From positions 1-64,000 of the forward strand of contig JALSOH010000004.1 of the NCBI GenBank assembly GCA_026986575.1: 64,000 nucleotides of DNA, in the 5' to 3' direction. The translations under genes and the position numbers were made by a program. Of the stretch, positions 54,020 to 63,216 are shown piece after piece (the stretch's first letter is position 1; each line of letters begins with the position of its first letter). Under the pieces are notes generated by a model. It saw only the letters and a program-made list of their open reading frames with translations, ran no database searches and had not been told where the DNA came from. This DNA is from Thermoproteota archaeon (GTDB taxonomy: Archaea; Korarchaeota; Korarchaeia; Korarchaeales; Korarchaeaceae).

Positions 54020-56053
54020 ATGGACGATTTGGTGATAGCTGGAATAGACATAAGATCCGGTTCACCTAGATCAAAGAAGAGGCCTACTTACTCAGTGTCC
54101 ATAGTAAGGGGGGAGAATGTCCTCTTTGAGTCCGAGGAGGTTACCCTAGATGAGGTCTTCTCCCTGATGAGGAGATATGGTGTCAAGATACTCGCTACGG
54201 ACAACGTTTACGAGCTTGCGGAGGACATGAAGGGGCTCAGGCTCGTCATGGAGAAGATGTCCCCGGGTAGCAAGCTCATCCAGGTCACCGGATCTCCTCA
54301 CGGGATAAGATCCCTCTCATCGATAGCAAAGGAGGCTGGTCTTCCGTCTCCCTCCCACAGGGATCCGCTCGGTACCGCTAGGATAGTTGCCAGGTTGGCG
54401 CAGAGAGGGGTGGGAATAGAGGTCATCGCAATGTATCCAGAGACTAGGGTACTCATAACGAAGAACAGGAGTATAAGGCAGGGAGGTTCGGGAAGCGACA
54501 GATGGAGGAGGTCTATAGAGGCCAGCATACTAAGTGAGGCCAATAAGATAGCCACGGAGCTCGATGCCGCAAATCTCGATTACGACCTGTATGTGGAGAG
54601 AGCTTCTGGGGGTCTGAGGAGGGCGGAGTTCATAATCTACGCAGGAATAGAAGATGTCCGGAGGATAGTGAAGGAGAGCAGTGAGTGGACGCCTTTGAGG
54701 GTGGTGGTGCGCCAGTCTTGGAGAAGTAAAATAAAGTTCCCCTCTAGTCGTCTCTCTCCTCTACCCAGATCTAGACCCATAATAGTCGGCATAGATCCGG
54801 GCATGTCCGTTGGTCTCGCTGTTATCGACCTGAACGGCAACTTATTGGCCTTAAGGACTATGAGAAGAGCGTCGAGATCCGAAATAGTTGAGGAGATACT
54901 TAATTATGGCTATCCGGTTATAATAGCGACAGATGTGAATCCTCCTCCCAAGAGCGTCGTGAGGATAGCTAGTATGTTCGACTCCAAGTTGATGGTGGCG
55001 AAGTACGACATGAAGGCCGACGAGAAAAAGAGGATAGTGGCCGACTACGAGGAACTCAAGGGTATTAGGGTAGAGAGCTCCCATGAGAGGGACTCTCTGG
55101 CTGCCGCTCTCAAGGTCTACTACAGAGTGAAGAATCTAGCCTCTAAGGCGAGGTTAAGGGCCAAGGAGGAGGGACTATCCAGCGAGATCGATCGCATCCT
55201 GACTAAGGTGCTCAAGGGAACTCCTATATCGGTGGCTATAGATGAAATATTAGCTGAAAGGGAAGAGGAGAGAGAAGTAAGGGAGCTTACCTACGCCGAG
55301 CTGAAGAAGGAGCTCAGGAGGCTCAATAAATACGTGAGGAGCCTTAACGAGAGGATTGGAGAGTTGAAAAGGGAGCTCGAGAAGAAGGACGCGTTGTTGA
55401 TGGAGAAGGAGAGGGAGATAAACGAATTGAGGAGGAAGATAGAGGATCTTGAGGACAGGAGATCCAGGGAGTTGGAGATAGATAGGAGGATCTCCATTAG
55501 AGATGCGAGAATAAAGGAACTCGAGCAGGAACTGGAGAGGGAGAGATGGAGGAATGAGCTCCTCAAGTCCCAGATGAGGCAGCTCGTCAGCTCCCCTAAG
55601 GTGGTTAATGGTGTCAAATTGACCGTTTTACCATCCCTTTCCAAGGAGAGAATCGACGAGCTCGGGAATAAGGCCTCCGAAGGTGTACTGCTGGCTCTCG
55701 ACGCCACCGGAGCCAGTACCAGCATCCTAAGGAGGTTGAAGGAGATTGGTATCAAGGCCGTCCTCTACCGCGGTAGTCCTCCGCCAAAGGAGTTCATAGA
55801 GAGAGCGGGGTTCGAGGGCATCACAGTAGCACCACTGGATCAGTTCAAGATCTCTTGGAAGGGACTGGATCCGGTCCTTCCATCAGAAGAGGCACTCAGA
55901 TTACTGTCTACTGTGAGTACACAACAAGAATCAAAGGAAATCGATCGCAGGAGTGAGTTAGATGTTCTAAACATAATAAGGGACTACAGGATGGCTCTGC
56001 TCAGGGCGGTGAACGGCGGAGAGGAATCGACAGAGGAGGCTAACCTAGAGTAA
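54020..56053 (+). CDS. DUF460 family protein (RNase H-like domain plus coiled coil)
   Basis: LATDNVYEL, IVGIDPG, IIATDV, HERDSLAAA; long coiled coil. Confidence 0.85.
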   Translation: MDDLVIAGIDIRSGSPRSKKRPTYSVSIVRGENVLFESEEVTLDEVFSLMRRYGVKILATDNVYELAEDMKGLRLVMEKMSPGSKLIQVTGSPHGIRSLSSIAKEAGLPSPSHRDPLGTARIVARLAQRGVGIEVIAMYPETRVLITKNRSIRQGGSGSDRWRRSIEASILSEANKIATELDAANLDYDLYVERASGGLRRAEFIIYAGIEDVRRIVKESSEWTPLRVVVRQSWRSKIKFPSSRLSPLPRSRPIIVGIDPGMSVGLAVIDLNGNLLALRTMRRASRSEIVEEILNYGYPVIIATDVNPPPKSVVRIASMFDSKLMVAKYDMKADEKKRIVADYEELKGIRVESSHERDSLAAALKVYYRVKNLASKARLRAKEEGLSSEIDRILTKVLKGTPISVAIDEILAEREEEREVRELTYAELKKELRRLNKYVRSLNERIGELKRELEKKDALLMEKEREINELRRKIEDLEDRRSRELEIDRRISIRDARIKELEQELERERWRNELLKSQMRQLVSSPKVVNGVKLTVLPSLSKERIDELGNKASEGVLLALDATGASTSILRRLKEIGIKAVLYRGSPPPKEFIERAGFEGITVAPLDQFKISWKGLDPVLPSEEALRLLSTVSTQQESKEIDRRSELDVLNIIRDYRMALLRAVNGGEESTEEANLE

Positions 56054-56095
56054 GGTATATTAATCGGGCGGATCATATCACACCGGTGGTAAAAT

Positions 56096-56263
56096 ATGCC
56101 GAGAGGTACGCACGGTGCATTGAATAAGGCTGGGAAGGTTAGGTCCCTCACCCCGAAGGTTGAGGCTAGGCCTAGGAGGAGTCCTGTCCCTAGGGTGAGG
56201 ATGAAGAGCATCTACCGCAAGAGGTTCATACTCGGAAGGAAGCCCGGACAGCACCCTATATAA
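56096..56263 (+). CDS. rps30e: 30S ribosomal protein S30e (missing from the ORF track)
   Basis: Manual translation MPRGTHGALNKAGKVRSLTPKVEARPRRSPVPRVRMKSIYRKRFILGRKPGQHPI. Confidence 0.93.
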   Translation: MPRGTHGALNKAGKVRSLTPKVEARPRRSPVPRVRMKSIYRKRFILGRKPGQHPI

Positions 56264-56307
56264 GAGAGATTTTTTAGGACCTCAGTCCTACTTCGAAGGG
56301 AGATAGC

Positions 56308-57447
56308 TTGCGAGCATTCTTGGCCCTCCAGCCCTATGGAATCCTACTGCTTGATCACAAGGGCAAGGTTCTGAAGTCTTGGGGATTTCCCAAGGATCCC
56401 GAGAAGATCGCTAGCATACTCACTAACGAGGGCTTGTTAGAAGAGCCCCTCAGGAAACTGCTCGCCGGTTTGAAAGCTGATGAGCTTTTAGTAGACGATC
56501 AGATACTGAAGGACCTATTGGATAGAGAGGGCATTAAATCGATACTCTCGCCAGCCGAGGAGGTCTTCCTCCAGCTGAGAAGGACGCCTCACCGCTACGC
56601 CTCCCAGATATGGGGAGGGGTGAAGCAGAGGGAGTACTTCAGGATGCTCAATGAAATAGGAATAGAGCTTACGAGGATCAGGATAAAGAAACAGCTGAGC
56701 TCTCTGGATCAGCAGGTCATAAAGGCCATAGACTACATCGATCACGCTAACAAGGCATTGAATGTACTAGCCCCGGCCATCAGAGAGTGGTACTCCATTC
56801 ACTTTCCAGAGCTGAATGATTTAGTGGAGGACCATCCGCTGTTCATGAGGGTTGTTTCCCTACAGCCTGACAGAAGAAAAATGACCTTGGAAATACTGAA
56901 GGAGGCTGGGTTAAGCGATGCCAAGGCTAGGCATGTTATGGAGGCCGCGAGCAATTCGATAGGGGCTGATTTCGATGAGAGAGACTTGGGAATATTGAGA
57001 AAAGTCGCTGAGAATTGGATGTCCCTTTATGAATCTAGAAAGATGGTAGAGGCCTTCATAGAGGACCTCATGAAACGCGCCGCCCCCAATCTCTCAGCGG
57101 TCGTTCATCCGCTTGTGGGGGCCAGACTCATAGCCGTAGCTGGGGGCCTAAGCAGGCTTGCAAGCTTACCAGCCAGTTCGATCCAGATATTGGGTGCCCA
57201 TAAGGCCATCTTCATGCACTTGGTGAAGGGAGCCAAGCCCCCGAAGCATGGCATACTCTTCCAAGCCAAGGAGGTGAGGACCGCACCTAAGAAGCTGAGG
57301 GGGAAGGTCGCAAGACTGCTGGCAACCAAGATAGCCATAGCCGCTAGAGTGGATGCCTTTGGGGATGGCAGGTATATAGGAGACGAGCTAAGGAATGAGA
57401 TAGACGAGAAGTTGAGGGAGATCTTGGGCGGGGGTGGTAGGAAATGA
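56308..57447 (+). CDS. nop5: C/D box RNP protein Nop5 (Nop56/58)
   Basis: REWYSIHFPEL, APNL, GARLIA, ASSIQILGA, PPKHGILFQ, IAARVD. Confidence 0.95.
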   Translation: MRAFLALQPYGILLLDHKGKVLKSWGFPKDPEKIASILTNEGLLEEPLRKLLAGLKADELLVDDQILKDLLDREGIKSILSPAEEVFLQLRRTPHRYASQIWGGVKQREYFRMLNEIGIELTRIRIKKQLSSLDQQVIKAIDYIDHANKALNVLAPAIREWYSIHFPELNDLVEDHPLFMRVVSLQPDRRKMTLEILKEAGLSDAKARHVMEAASNSIGADFDERDLGILRKVAENWMSLYESRKMVEAFIEDLMKRAAPNLSAVVHPLVGARLIAVAGGLSRLASLPASSIQILGAHKAIFMHLVKGAKPPKHGILFQAKEVRTAPKKLRGKVARLLATKIAIAARVDAFGDGRYIGDELRNEIDEKLREILGGGGRK

Positions 57448-58127
57448 GGATTAAGGAGGACCAGAAGTTCCGCAACCTGTTTTGGATAGTGGATGGTAAG
57501 AAGCAGCTGGCCACCAAGAGCATAGCCCCGGGTCACAGGGTCTACGATGAGATTGTGAGGCAGATAAAGAGAGAGGAGTACAGGATATGGAATCCCTACA
57601 GGTCAAAGCTAGCGGCAGCTATATACAAGGGCTTGAAGAACTTTCCGTTCAGGAGGGGGACCAAGGTCCTGTACTTGGGCATCGCATCGGGAACGACTGC
57701 CTCTCATGTGAGCGACGTGATTGAGGATGATGGGATCATATTCGGTGTGGAGATAGCTCATAGGGTTCTCAGGGACCTTTTGGGAGTGGCTAAAGTGAGG
57801 AGGAACATCGTACCAATCATGGAAAGTGCTAGAAGGCCTCAAAGTTACTCTTGGATCGTCTCCGAGGTGGATGTGGTGTATGAGGATGTAGCGCAGCCAG
57901 ATCAGGCTAGCATACTCGTGAAGAACGCGGATATCTTCCTAAGGAAGGGTGGTGTGGCTATGATAGCCGTCAAAGCCAGCAGCATAGATGTGACCCTCCC
58001 GCCCAAGAAGGTCTATAGGCTGGTCGAGAAGGAGGTCACCTCCACTGGGAGATATAAGTTGCTGGAGACCGTTGATCTCTCTCCCTACGACCCCAAGCAT
58101 GCGATGATGGTCTTCAGGAAGCTGTGA
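57444..58127 (+). CDS. flpA: Fibrillarin-like rRNA 2'-O-methyltransferase
   Basis: EYRIWNPYRSKLAA, VLYLGIASGTT, DVAQPDQ, KASSID. Confidence 0.96.
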   Translation: MRIKEDQKFRNLFWIVDGKKQLATKSIAPGHRVYDEIVRQIKREEYRIWNPYRSKLAAAIYKGLKNFPFRRGTKVLYLGIASGTTASHVSDVIEDDGIIFGVEIAHRVLRDLLGVAKVRRNIVPIMESARRPQSYSWIVSEVDVVYEDVAQPDQASILVKNADIFLRKGGVAMIAVKASSIDVTLPPKKVYRLVEKEVTSTGRYKLLETVDLSPYDPKHAMMVFRKL

Positions 58128-59244
58128 TCTCCTTAACTATTTCCTCAATCTCAGCCCTGCCCGCTGTCGTCTTTACTCCAAGAGGTTCTAAGTGTGTCCT
58201 AGCAGCGAAGTATCCTCTTTCCCTCAAGGTGGCGATAACATCGCTCACCTTGGGCATTTTAACGTGTAAGCTCGAGCAGATGTCGTCGAGCATGTAGTAG
58301 AAGGGAGGACCTCCGGACTCCTCCCTCAGGGCGTTCAGGAGGCGTTCAACTTCCTCATTGATCGGTGTCACCCCATCCAAGAATTGAGTATCCGTGATCT
58401 CATCCAGCCACAGGGGACCTAACAGTTCCCCGCATTTAGCATCGGGCAGATCTACCCCCTTATGGATCACGTGCTCCCCATCGCAGGTCTCCACCCAGCC
58501 CAGAGATTCCCTGAGCTGGCGGCTGGAGGCCGAAGGCCCCCTATCGATGGAGAAGAACACCCTGACGTAATGCTCCCTCCCGTAGGAGAGCAGGGGTCTG
58601 GCGATTAGGTCGAGCCTAGCCGCTACTCTGACGGTGAAGGAGATCAAAGCGCGTATCCCGAACTCCTTGTGAAAGGGGAGCTTCCTCCCCCACACCCCGT
58701 AGTACCTGAACAGCTTGTCCGGGTAGATGCCGAACAGGGGCGGGGTGTCCGTGGCCGTGACTCCCAACAGGCCACCCCTCCTGACGGCCCTCAGGAAGGA
58801 ATCCATGTAGGGAGCTGGGGAACCGAAAGGGTCTAGATCCAAATAATGGGGTCTATTTCCCTCCCACGCGAGCTTCTCAGCTTCCAGCCTGGCGTCTGAG
58901 CAGGTCGCCCTGATCCTCACCCCGTTGAGCCTCGCATTCAGCTTTATCACATGGACTGCCAAGCAGTTGGAGTCGTTGGCCAGCACTTCATCGATGCCTC
59001 CCTCAACTGCCAGTCTGAGGGCCCTGACTCCCGACGCTGCCATGAGATCGGCGGCGCTCTTCATGTTCAAGGACCTGACGATTGAGATGGTGACGTCCCT
59101 GTTCAGTTTCATTCGCGGGTTGTAAAACACTGGCGCCTTCGTGTAGGACAGGCCCATCCTCTCCAAGTACTCCAAGTCAGTGGAGTAGAAGGTCACGCTT
59201 CCCTCCCTATATAGCTTGAGCGGTATGCTGAGCGAGGGTTCCAT
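58114..59244 (-). CDS. trm1: tRNA (guanine26-N2)-dimethyltransferase
   Basis: PVFYNPRMKLNRD, ASGVRALR, DLDPFGSP, VTATD, GPLW, RTH. Start at ATG 59244 or 59247. Confidence 0.93.
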   Translation of the reverse strand: MEPSLSIPLKLYREGSVTFYSTDLEYLERMGLSYTKAPVFYNPRMKLNRDVTISIVRSLNMKSAADLMAASGVRALRLAVEGGIDEVLANDSNCLAVHVIKLNARLNGVRIRATCSDARLEAEKLAWEGNRPHYLDLDPFGSPAPYMDSFLRAVRRGGLLGVTATDTPPLFGIYPDKLFRYYGVWGRKLPFHKEFGIRALISFTVRVAARLDLIARPLLSYGREHYVRVFFSIDRGPSASSRQLRESLGWVETCDGEHVIHKGVDLPDAKCGELLGPLWLDEITDTQFLDGVTPINEEVERLLNALREESGGPPFYYMLDDICSSLHVKMPKVSDVIATLRERGYFAARTHLEPLGVKTTAGRAEIEEIVKEITAS

Positions 59245-59245
59245 C

Positions 59246-59788
59246 ATGGGGAGGGAGGGCAAGTATATTATAAGGGGTAAACCGGGATCTGGAAAATCCA
59301 CAGCCGCTATGATGGTAAAGGAGCGTTTAGAGAACCTAGGAGTGAAGGTGGGAGGAATAAGGACCCCAGAGGTCAGGTCTGGAGGGAGGAGGATAGGATT
59401 TGAGGTGGAGGACCTACTGACTGGGGAGAGAGTCCTGTTCGCCTCTGTCAACTACAGGAATGGTCCTAGGATCTCCAAATACGGTGTCAGGATAGATCTC
59501 TTTGAGAAGGTGGCAATTCCTGCCTTGGAGAACTCGATGAGGGAATGCGACCTAGTCTTGGTTGATGAGATTGGCAAGATGGAACTGTTCTCTGATAGGT
59601 TCGTGGAGGTTGTGAGGGAGCTGTGGAGATCGGACAGGGCGGCTCTCGGCACAGCTCCCATCTCCAAAATCAAATTCGTTGAGGAGATATGCTCCCTATC
59701 GGAGGTCTTCTGGATAGAGAGGGGGATGGCTGAAAGAGTCGCGGAGAAGCTCGTAGAGAGGATCCTCAGGTATCTGGGTAGGTTATGA
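59246..59788 (+). CDS. THEP1/NTPase_1 family nucleoside triphosphatase
   Basis: GKPGSGKST, GIRTPEVR...RIGF, KYGV, VDEIGKME. Confidence 0.92.
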   Translation: MGREGKYIIRGKPGSGKSTAAMMVKERLENLGVKVGGIRTPEVRSGGRRIGFEVEDLLTGERVLFASVNYRNGPRISKYGVRIDLFEKVAIPALENSMRECDLVLVDEIGKMELFSDRFVEVVRELWRSDRAALGTAPISKIKFVEEICSLSEVFWIERGMAERVAEKLVERILRYLGRL

Positions 59789-60044
59789 GCCTGCTCTCCT
59801 CCCTGCGCTCCACCAAGTACAGCCTCTTGCCCACGAACTCCTTAGCTTTGTCTAGAGGCACCACGACCTTCACCAGTGCGTATGGCTCGTGAACCGGCCC
59901 AATTACGTCACTGACCACCCCAACAAGGAGCAGATCCTCTGAGACGACCCTCTTGTCCTTAGGGTCTTCCTTGACCGGGGGCTTCATCTTCACCAAGAAG
60001 TTCCTAGACCTAGTCAGTTTCACAACCTCTCCCAGCACCCTCAC
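59766..60044 (-). CDS. gar1: H/ACA RNP protein Gar1
   Basis: MRVLGEV...VGVVSDVIGPVHEPYALVK. Confidence 0.88.
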   Translation of the reverse strand: MRVLGEVVKLTRSRNFLVKMKPPVKEDPKDKRVVSEDLLLVGVVSDVIGPVHEPYALVKVVVPLDKAKEFVGKRLYLVERREESRLITYPDT

Positions 60045-60322
60045 TTCCTAGACCTCCTGATCACCTCAGCCACCTTCTTAAGGAGCTCCTCCTTGCTTCC
60101 TTGGTAGACCACCTTCACCCTCCCCTCGAACCTGTACCACCTCGAGGGCCTGTGCTTCTCCTCCACCTCGTATTCTAGGGAGAGATATCTCAGGGCGCTC
60201 ACCACATCTTGGAGGGTCGGCTTCCTCACAGCCAAGGACCGAGGTACCCTCCTGCCCTCAGATCTGCTCAACCTAGAATCGAAATAGGAGGGGTATATTA
60301 TCTTGCGGCCCTTACGAGGCAA
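60041..60322 (-). CDS. srp19: Signal recognition particle protein Srp19
   Basis: IYPSYFD...SRSEGRRVP...KHRPSRW...GRV...KEELL. Confidence 0.94.
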   Translation of the reverse strand: MPRKGRKIIYPSYFDSRLSRSEGRRVPRSLAVRKPTLQDVVSALRYLSLEYEVEEKHRPSRWYRFEGRVKVVYQGSKEELLKKVAEVIRRSRK

Positions 60323-60716
60323 CCTCTTCCCTCAGTAGAACCCCGTTCAGGATCCCGTGCTGACCGGGTCTAGATGTTATCCTCACCAAGCCTAGCTCGG
60401 TCTTGACCAGCGCTCCTCTCGTTATTATCTTCCTCCTAGTCAGCACCTTGCTGGCCGGGTTCTCAACCACATCCAATATCTTCACCTTCTTCGTGGTGCC
60501 ATCGCCCAGTGCGACATTGACCTCGTGGTCCGACACCAGTCTGAGCTTCCTTCCACCGCCCATTATCCTGATCGGCTTGAGCTTCCTAGCTCCAACTACA
60601 GTGAAGGCTGGCGGTCTACCGGCCTCTCTCTTCCTTTTCCCTCTACTCTTCCTTACCTTACCACCGGTAGGCTTCCTACCTCCGGGCATTACTGGACCGT
60701 GGTAGTAGTACGGCAT
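60312..60716 (-). CDS. rps8e: 30S ribosomal protein S8e
   Basis: RKPTGG...KRKREAGR...VVENPA...ITRGA...TSRPGQHG. Confidence 0.95.
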   Translation of the reverse strand: MPYYYHGPVMPGGRKPTGGKVRKSRGKRKREAGRPPAFTVVGARKLKPIRIMGGGRKLRLVSDHEVNVALGDGTTKKVKILDVVENPASKVLTRRKIITRGALVKTELGLVRITSRPGQHGILNGVLLREEVAS

Positions 60717-60729
60717 GTTCCCACTTCAC

Positions 60730-61905
60730 CTAGCTAGCTTGATCACTCCCATTAATAAGATTGGCTAGGGAGGCGAACACCACCGAGCCCGCTATGAGGG
60801 CCAAATCCAGTTGGCTGAATCCTATCTCGGCCCTCGTAATGAGTATAGGCCATATTATGCTGTATGAGAATAGATCATTGCCTCCCTCCATTGATAGTCG
60901 GTAGCTGTATCCCGAGAGGAACCCTACCAGCACGGAGAGGACCGTCATGCCTATCAGGCCCAGATCCACAAGTAAGCCGATGAACATGGTGGGCGTGATC
61001 CCGTAAGCCTTGCCGAAGATCCCCCTGCCCAAGGATTGCGATGGGTGCAGGGGTATGGATGAGAGCCAAAAGGGCCCGTATGGAGGTAGTGGTGTCAGGA
61101 AGTAGCTGCACAACTCTTTCGAGTAATAATAGGTAGTTGTGAGCCTGAAAGCAATCCTCTCATAGGTTGGCACGTGAACGTACGACCTCGCCTCCCCGAC
61201 AACGATGAATAGCGCTAGGAGGATAACCATGAGTGCGAAGCCCTGGGGATCCCTCCTCCTGACCAGAAGCAGGAAGGTGGACAGGATCACCAAGAAGACA
61301 TCCGCCCTGAATCCGTGGAGTATCATCAACCCGGAGGTCAGGGACAAGAAGGCCCAAGGAAGGAGTTTGCGTCTGCCTTCCATCAACCGCCACAACAGGC
61401 TCGGGTAGGAGATGAAGATCAGGAACATTCCGAAAGCTCCCTCGACGGGAGTCAGCGGTAGCTCCCTTATGACCTCCCAGTCTCCATATTGGAGGAATGA
61501 GTGCACGACGAAGAAGGTTCCAGAGGCGTAAACCAAGAGTTGGAAGACGGGTATCTCACCCTTGCTGTGTGCAATGATGTAGGCGGCCAAGTTGAGCGCG
61601 GCCACCCACGTCAGGGCTATTAGGGGGTAGAGAGGAGTTATTTCCCTGAAGGAAACTGCCAATACGGTGATCACTAGGGCTTCACCGATGACGAGTGATA
61701 CCTTATGCAATTTCCTGTCGCCGACCTTGGAAGCACCGATAAGGCCAGACTGGAAGGCTAGAACGCCCAACCCGGATACCAACACCCACCCGTAATCCAG
61801 CCCGTAACTTCGAGAGCCCAGTAGGAGGATCGCCACTAGGATCGTGGATATGCCTATCGTGGGGTGCACTGAGACGAGGTATATCACCTCTCTGAGCGAT
61901 CTCAT
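60730..61905 (-). CDS. Multi-pass membrane protein, oligosaccharide repeat-unit polymerase (Wzy-like) family
   Basis: Start MRSLRE at 61905, overlapping the upstream stop. GFRA, RLTTT and GITPTMFIGLLVDLG motifs; many TM helices. Confidence 0.6.
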   Translation of the reverse strand: MRSLREVIYLVSVHPTIGISTILVAILLLGSRSYGLDYGWVLVSGLGVLAFQSGLIGASKVGDRKLHKVSLVIGEALVITVLAVSFREITPLYPLIALTWVAALNLAAYIIAHSKGEIPVFQLLVYASGTFFVVHSFLQYGDWEVIRELPLTPVEGAFGMFLIFISYPSLLWRLMEGRRKLLPWAFLSLTSGLMILHGFRADVFLVILSTFLLLVRRRDPQGFALMVILLALFIVVGEARSYVHVPTYERIAFRLTTTYYYSKELCSYFLTPLPPYGPFWLSSIPLHPSQSLGRGIFGKAYGITPTMFIGLLVDLGLIGMTVLSVLVGFLSGYSYRLSMEGGNDLFSYSIIWPILITRAEIGFSQLDLALIAGSVVFASLANLINGSDQAS

Positions 61906-63206
61906 TTCTCCGGCCTCAGGGAGGTGAGAAGGACCATCGCAGCGAGGAGGAGGTAGAGGTATATGTTGATGTCCAGTATTCCCGTCTCTATCCCGACGAC
62001 CAAGTAGGCGAACAGCACCGAATAGGGACCAAGCAGGTAGTCTGCTTTCTTGGAGAACCTGTAAGCTAGGGCCAGTAGATAGGAGAAGATAAGGGAAGCT
62101 GCTACCGCTCCTAATATTCCCCAATCCAAGAGAGGCCCTCCTATCAAGGTCGCCGTAGTTGATACAGTCCTCCTACCTCCCACGTAGATGCTTATCAAGG
62201 TTCTAGGGCCGTAACGCGTACCCCTGATGAGTCCAAGGGAGGATAGAGCCGCTAGATGCACCCAACCACCGGTAACCGGTCTGAGGGCGTAGAGCCTGAC
62301 TATCGTGTCAAGGGCCGCTATCGTGATGGTCGGCCTGTAGAGAACTGAGAGAAGTGGGTTTTGAGCCAATCCCGTGGTCAGCGATCTGATCGCACCTACT
62401 CCGAGGAAGAAAGCGGCAGCCACCAGCAGTCCCAAGAAAACTTGCTTGTAATTGACCATCTTCCTGTGATAAAGGACGGCGAGGGCCATCAGTATGTAAG
62501 CTATCATCTCAGTCCTGAAAGCTAAGAAAAACGAGGGGATAAACCCAATCAGGGTCAATGAGTAGGCCTCGCACTTTCTCAAATCCAACGAGGAGAGGAG
62601 GAACGCGGTGCCGGGAACGGTGGTCCAAGCGAGGTAGTTGAGGAGGGGAGACAGACCCCTCCTGAGCTCATCGTTCAAGAGAGGGAGGCCTCCCACCCTA
62701 GATATCTGCATGATGAAAGCTATGTAACCTAACAGGAACATGGCAGCACCGAGGAGGATAACTAACCCCCTGTTATCGATAACACGAAGGTCTTCCTCCT
62801 TGTAGGCTAGGAAGATCCCCGAAGCCATCACGAGTACGGTGAAATAGATTAGGATCATGGTTAAGGTCGAGACCCTGACCATTGACGACCAGAAGAACAG
62901 GAGAAAGCCTAAAGGGAGCATCCACGGGGAGAGCAGTATCTCCACCAACCTATCCAGAGGGAGACCTATCCTCCACCGCGGAGCTAGCTTGCCCACCCCT
63001 GAGGTGAGTGGATTGATGAGGTTGCAGGTCCTCCTAAGAGCTTTCAGGAAGATGGAGGATCGGGCAGCTGATGATAGGATTTCGTACGAGGTGACAAGGA
63101 GCCTGTAGGTTAGGCTGGTCCTGACTAATTTAGGTATACCGAGTCTCCTCCATATTCTCCCCAAGATGGAAGTGCTGAACGCTCTTAGTAGAAGGGAAAT
63201 CAGCAA
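61902..63206 (-). CDS. Multi-pass membrane protein, oligosaccharide repeat-unit polymerase (Wzy-like) family
   Basis: GGLPLL...LR, AFRT, RPTIT, GPR, STTATLIGGPLLDWG, GIETGILD motifs. Confidence 0.7.
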   Translation of the reverse strand: MLISLLLRAFSTSILGRIWRRLGIPKLVRTSLTYRLLVTSYEILSSAARSSIFLKALRRTCNLINPLTSGVGKLAPRWRIGLPLDRLVEILLSPWMLPLGFLLFFWSSMVRVSTLTMILIYFTVLVMASGIFLAYKEEDLRVIDNRGLVILLGAAMFLLGYIAFIMQISRVGGLPLLNDELRRGLSPLLNYLAWTTVPGTAFLLSSLDLRKCEAYSLTLIGFIPSFFLAFRTEMIAYILMALAVLYHRKMVNYKQVFLGLLVAAAFFLGVGAIRSLTTGLAQNPLLSVLYRPTITIAALDTIVRLYALRPVTGGWVHLAALSSLGLIRGTRYGPRTLISIYVGGRRTVSTTATLIGGPLLDWGILGAVAASLIFSYLLALAYRFSKKADYLLGPYSVLFAYLVVGIETGILDINIYLYLLLAAMVLLTSLRPEK

Positions 63207-63216
63207 AGTGATCCCC

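Noticed and set aside
59248-59451. Long N-terminal extension of Trm1 in the ORF track (similar cases for adk, elf1, rps27e, rpl6 and the 60730 ORF)
   Set aside because: These extensions overlap neighbouring real genes; family homology starts at downstream ATGs.
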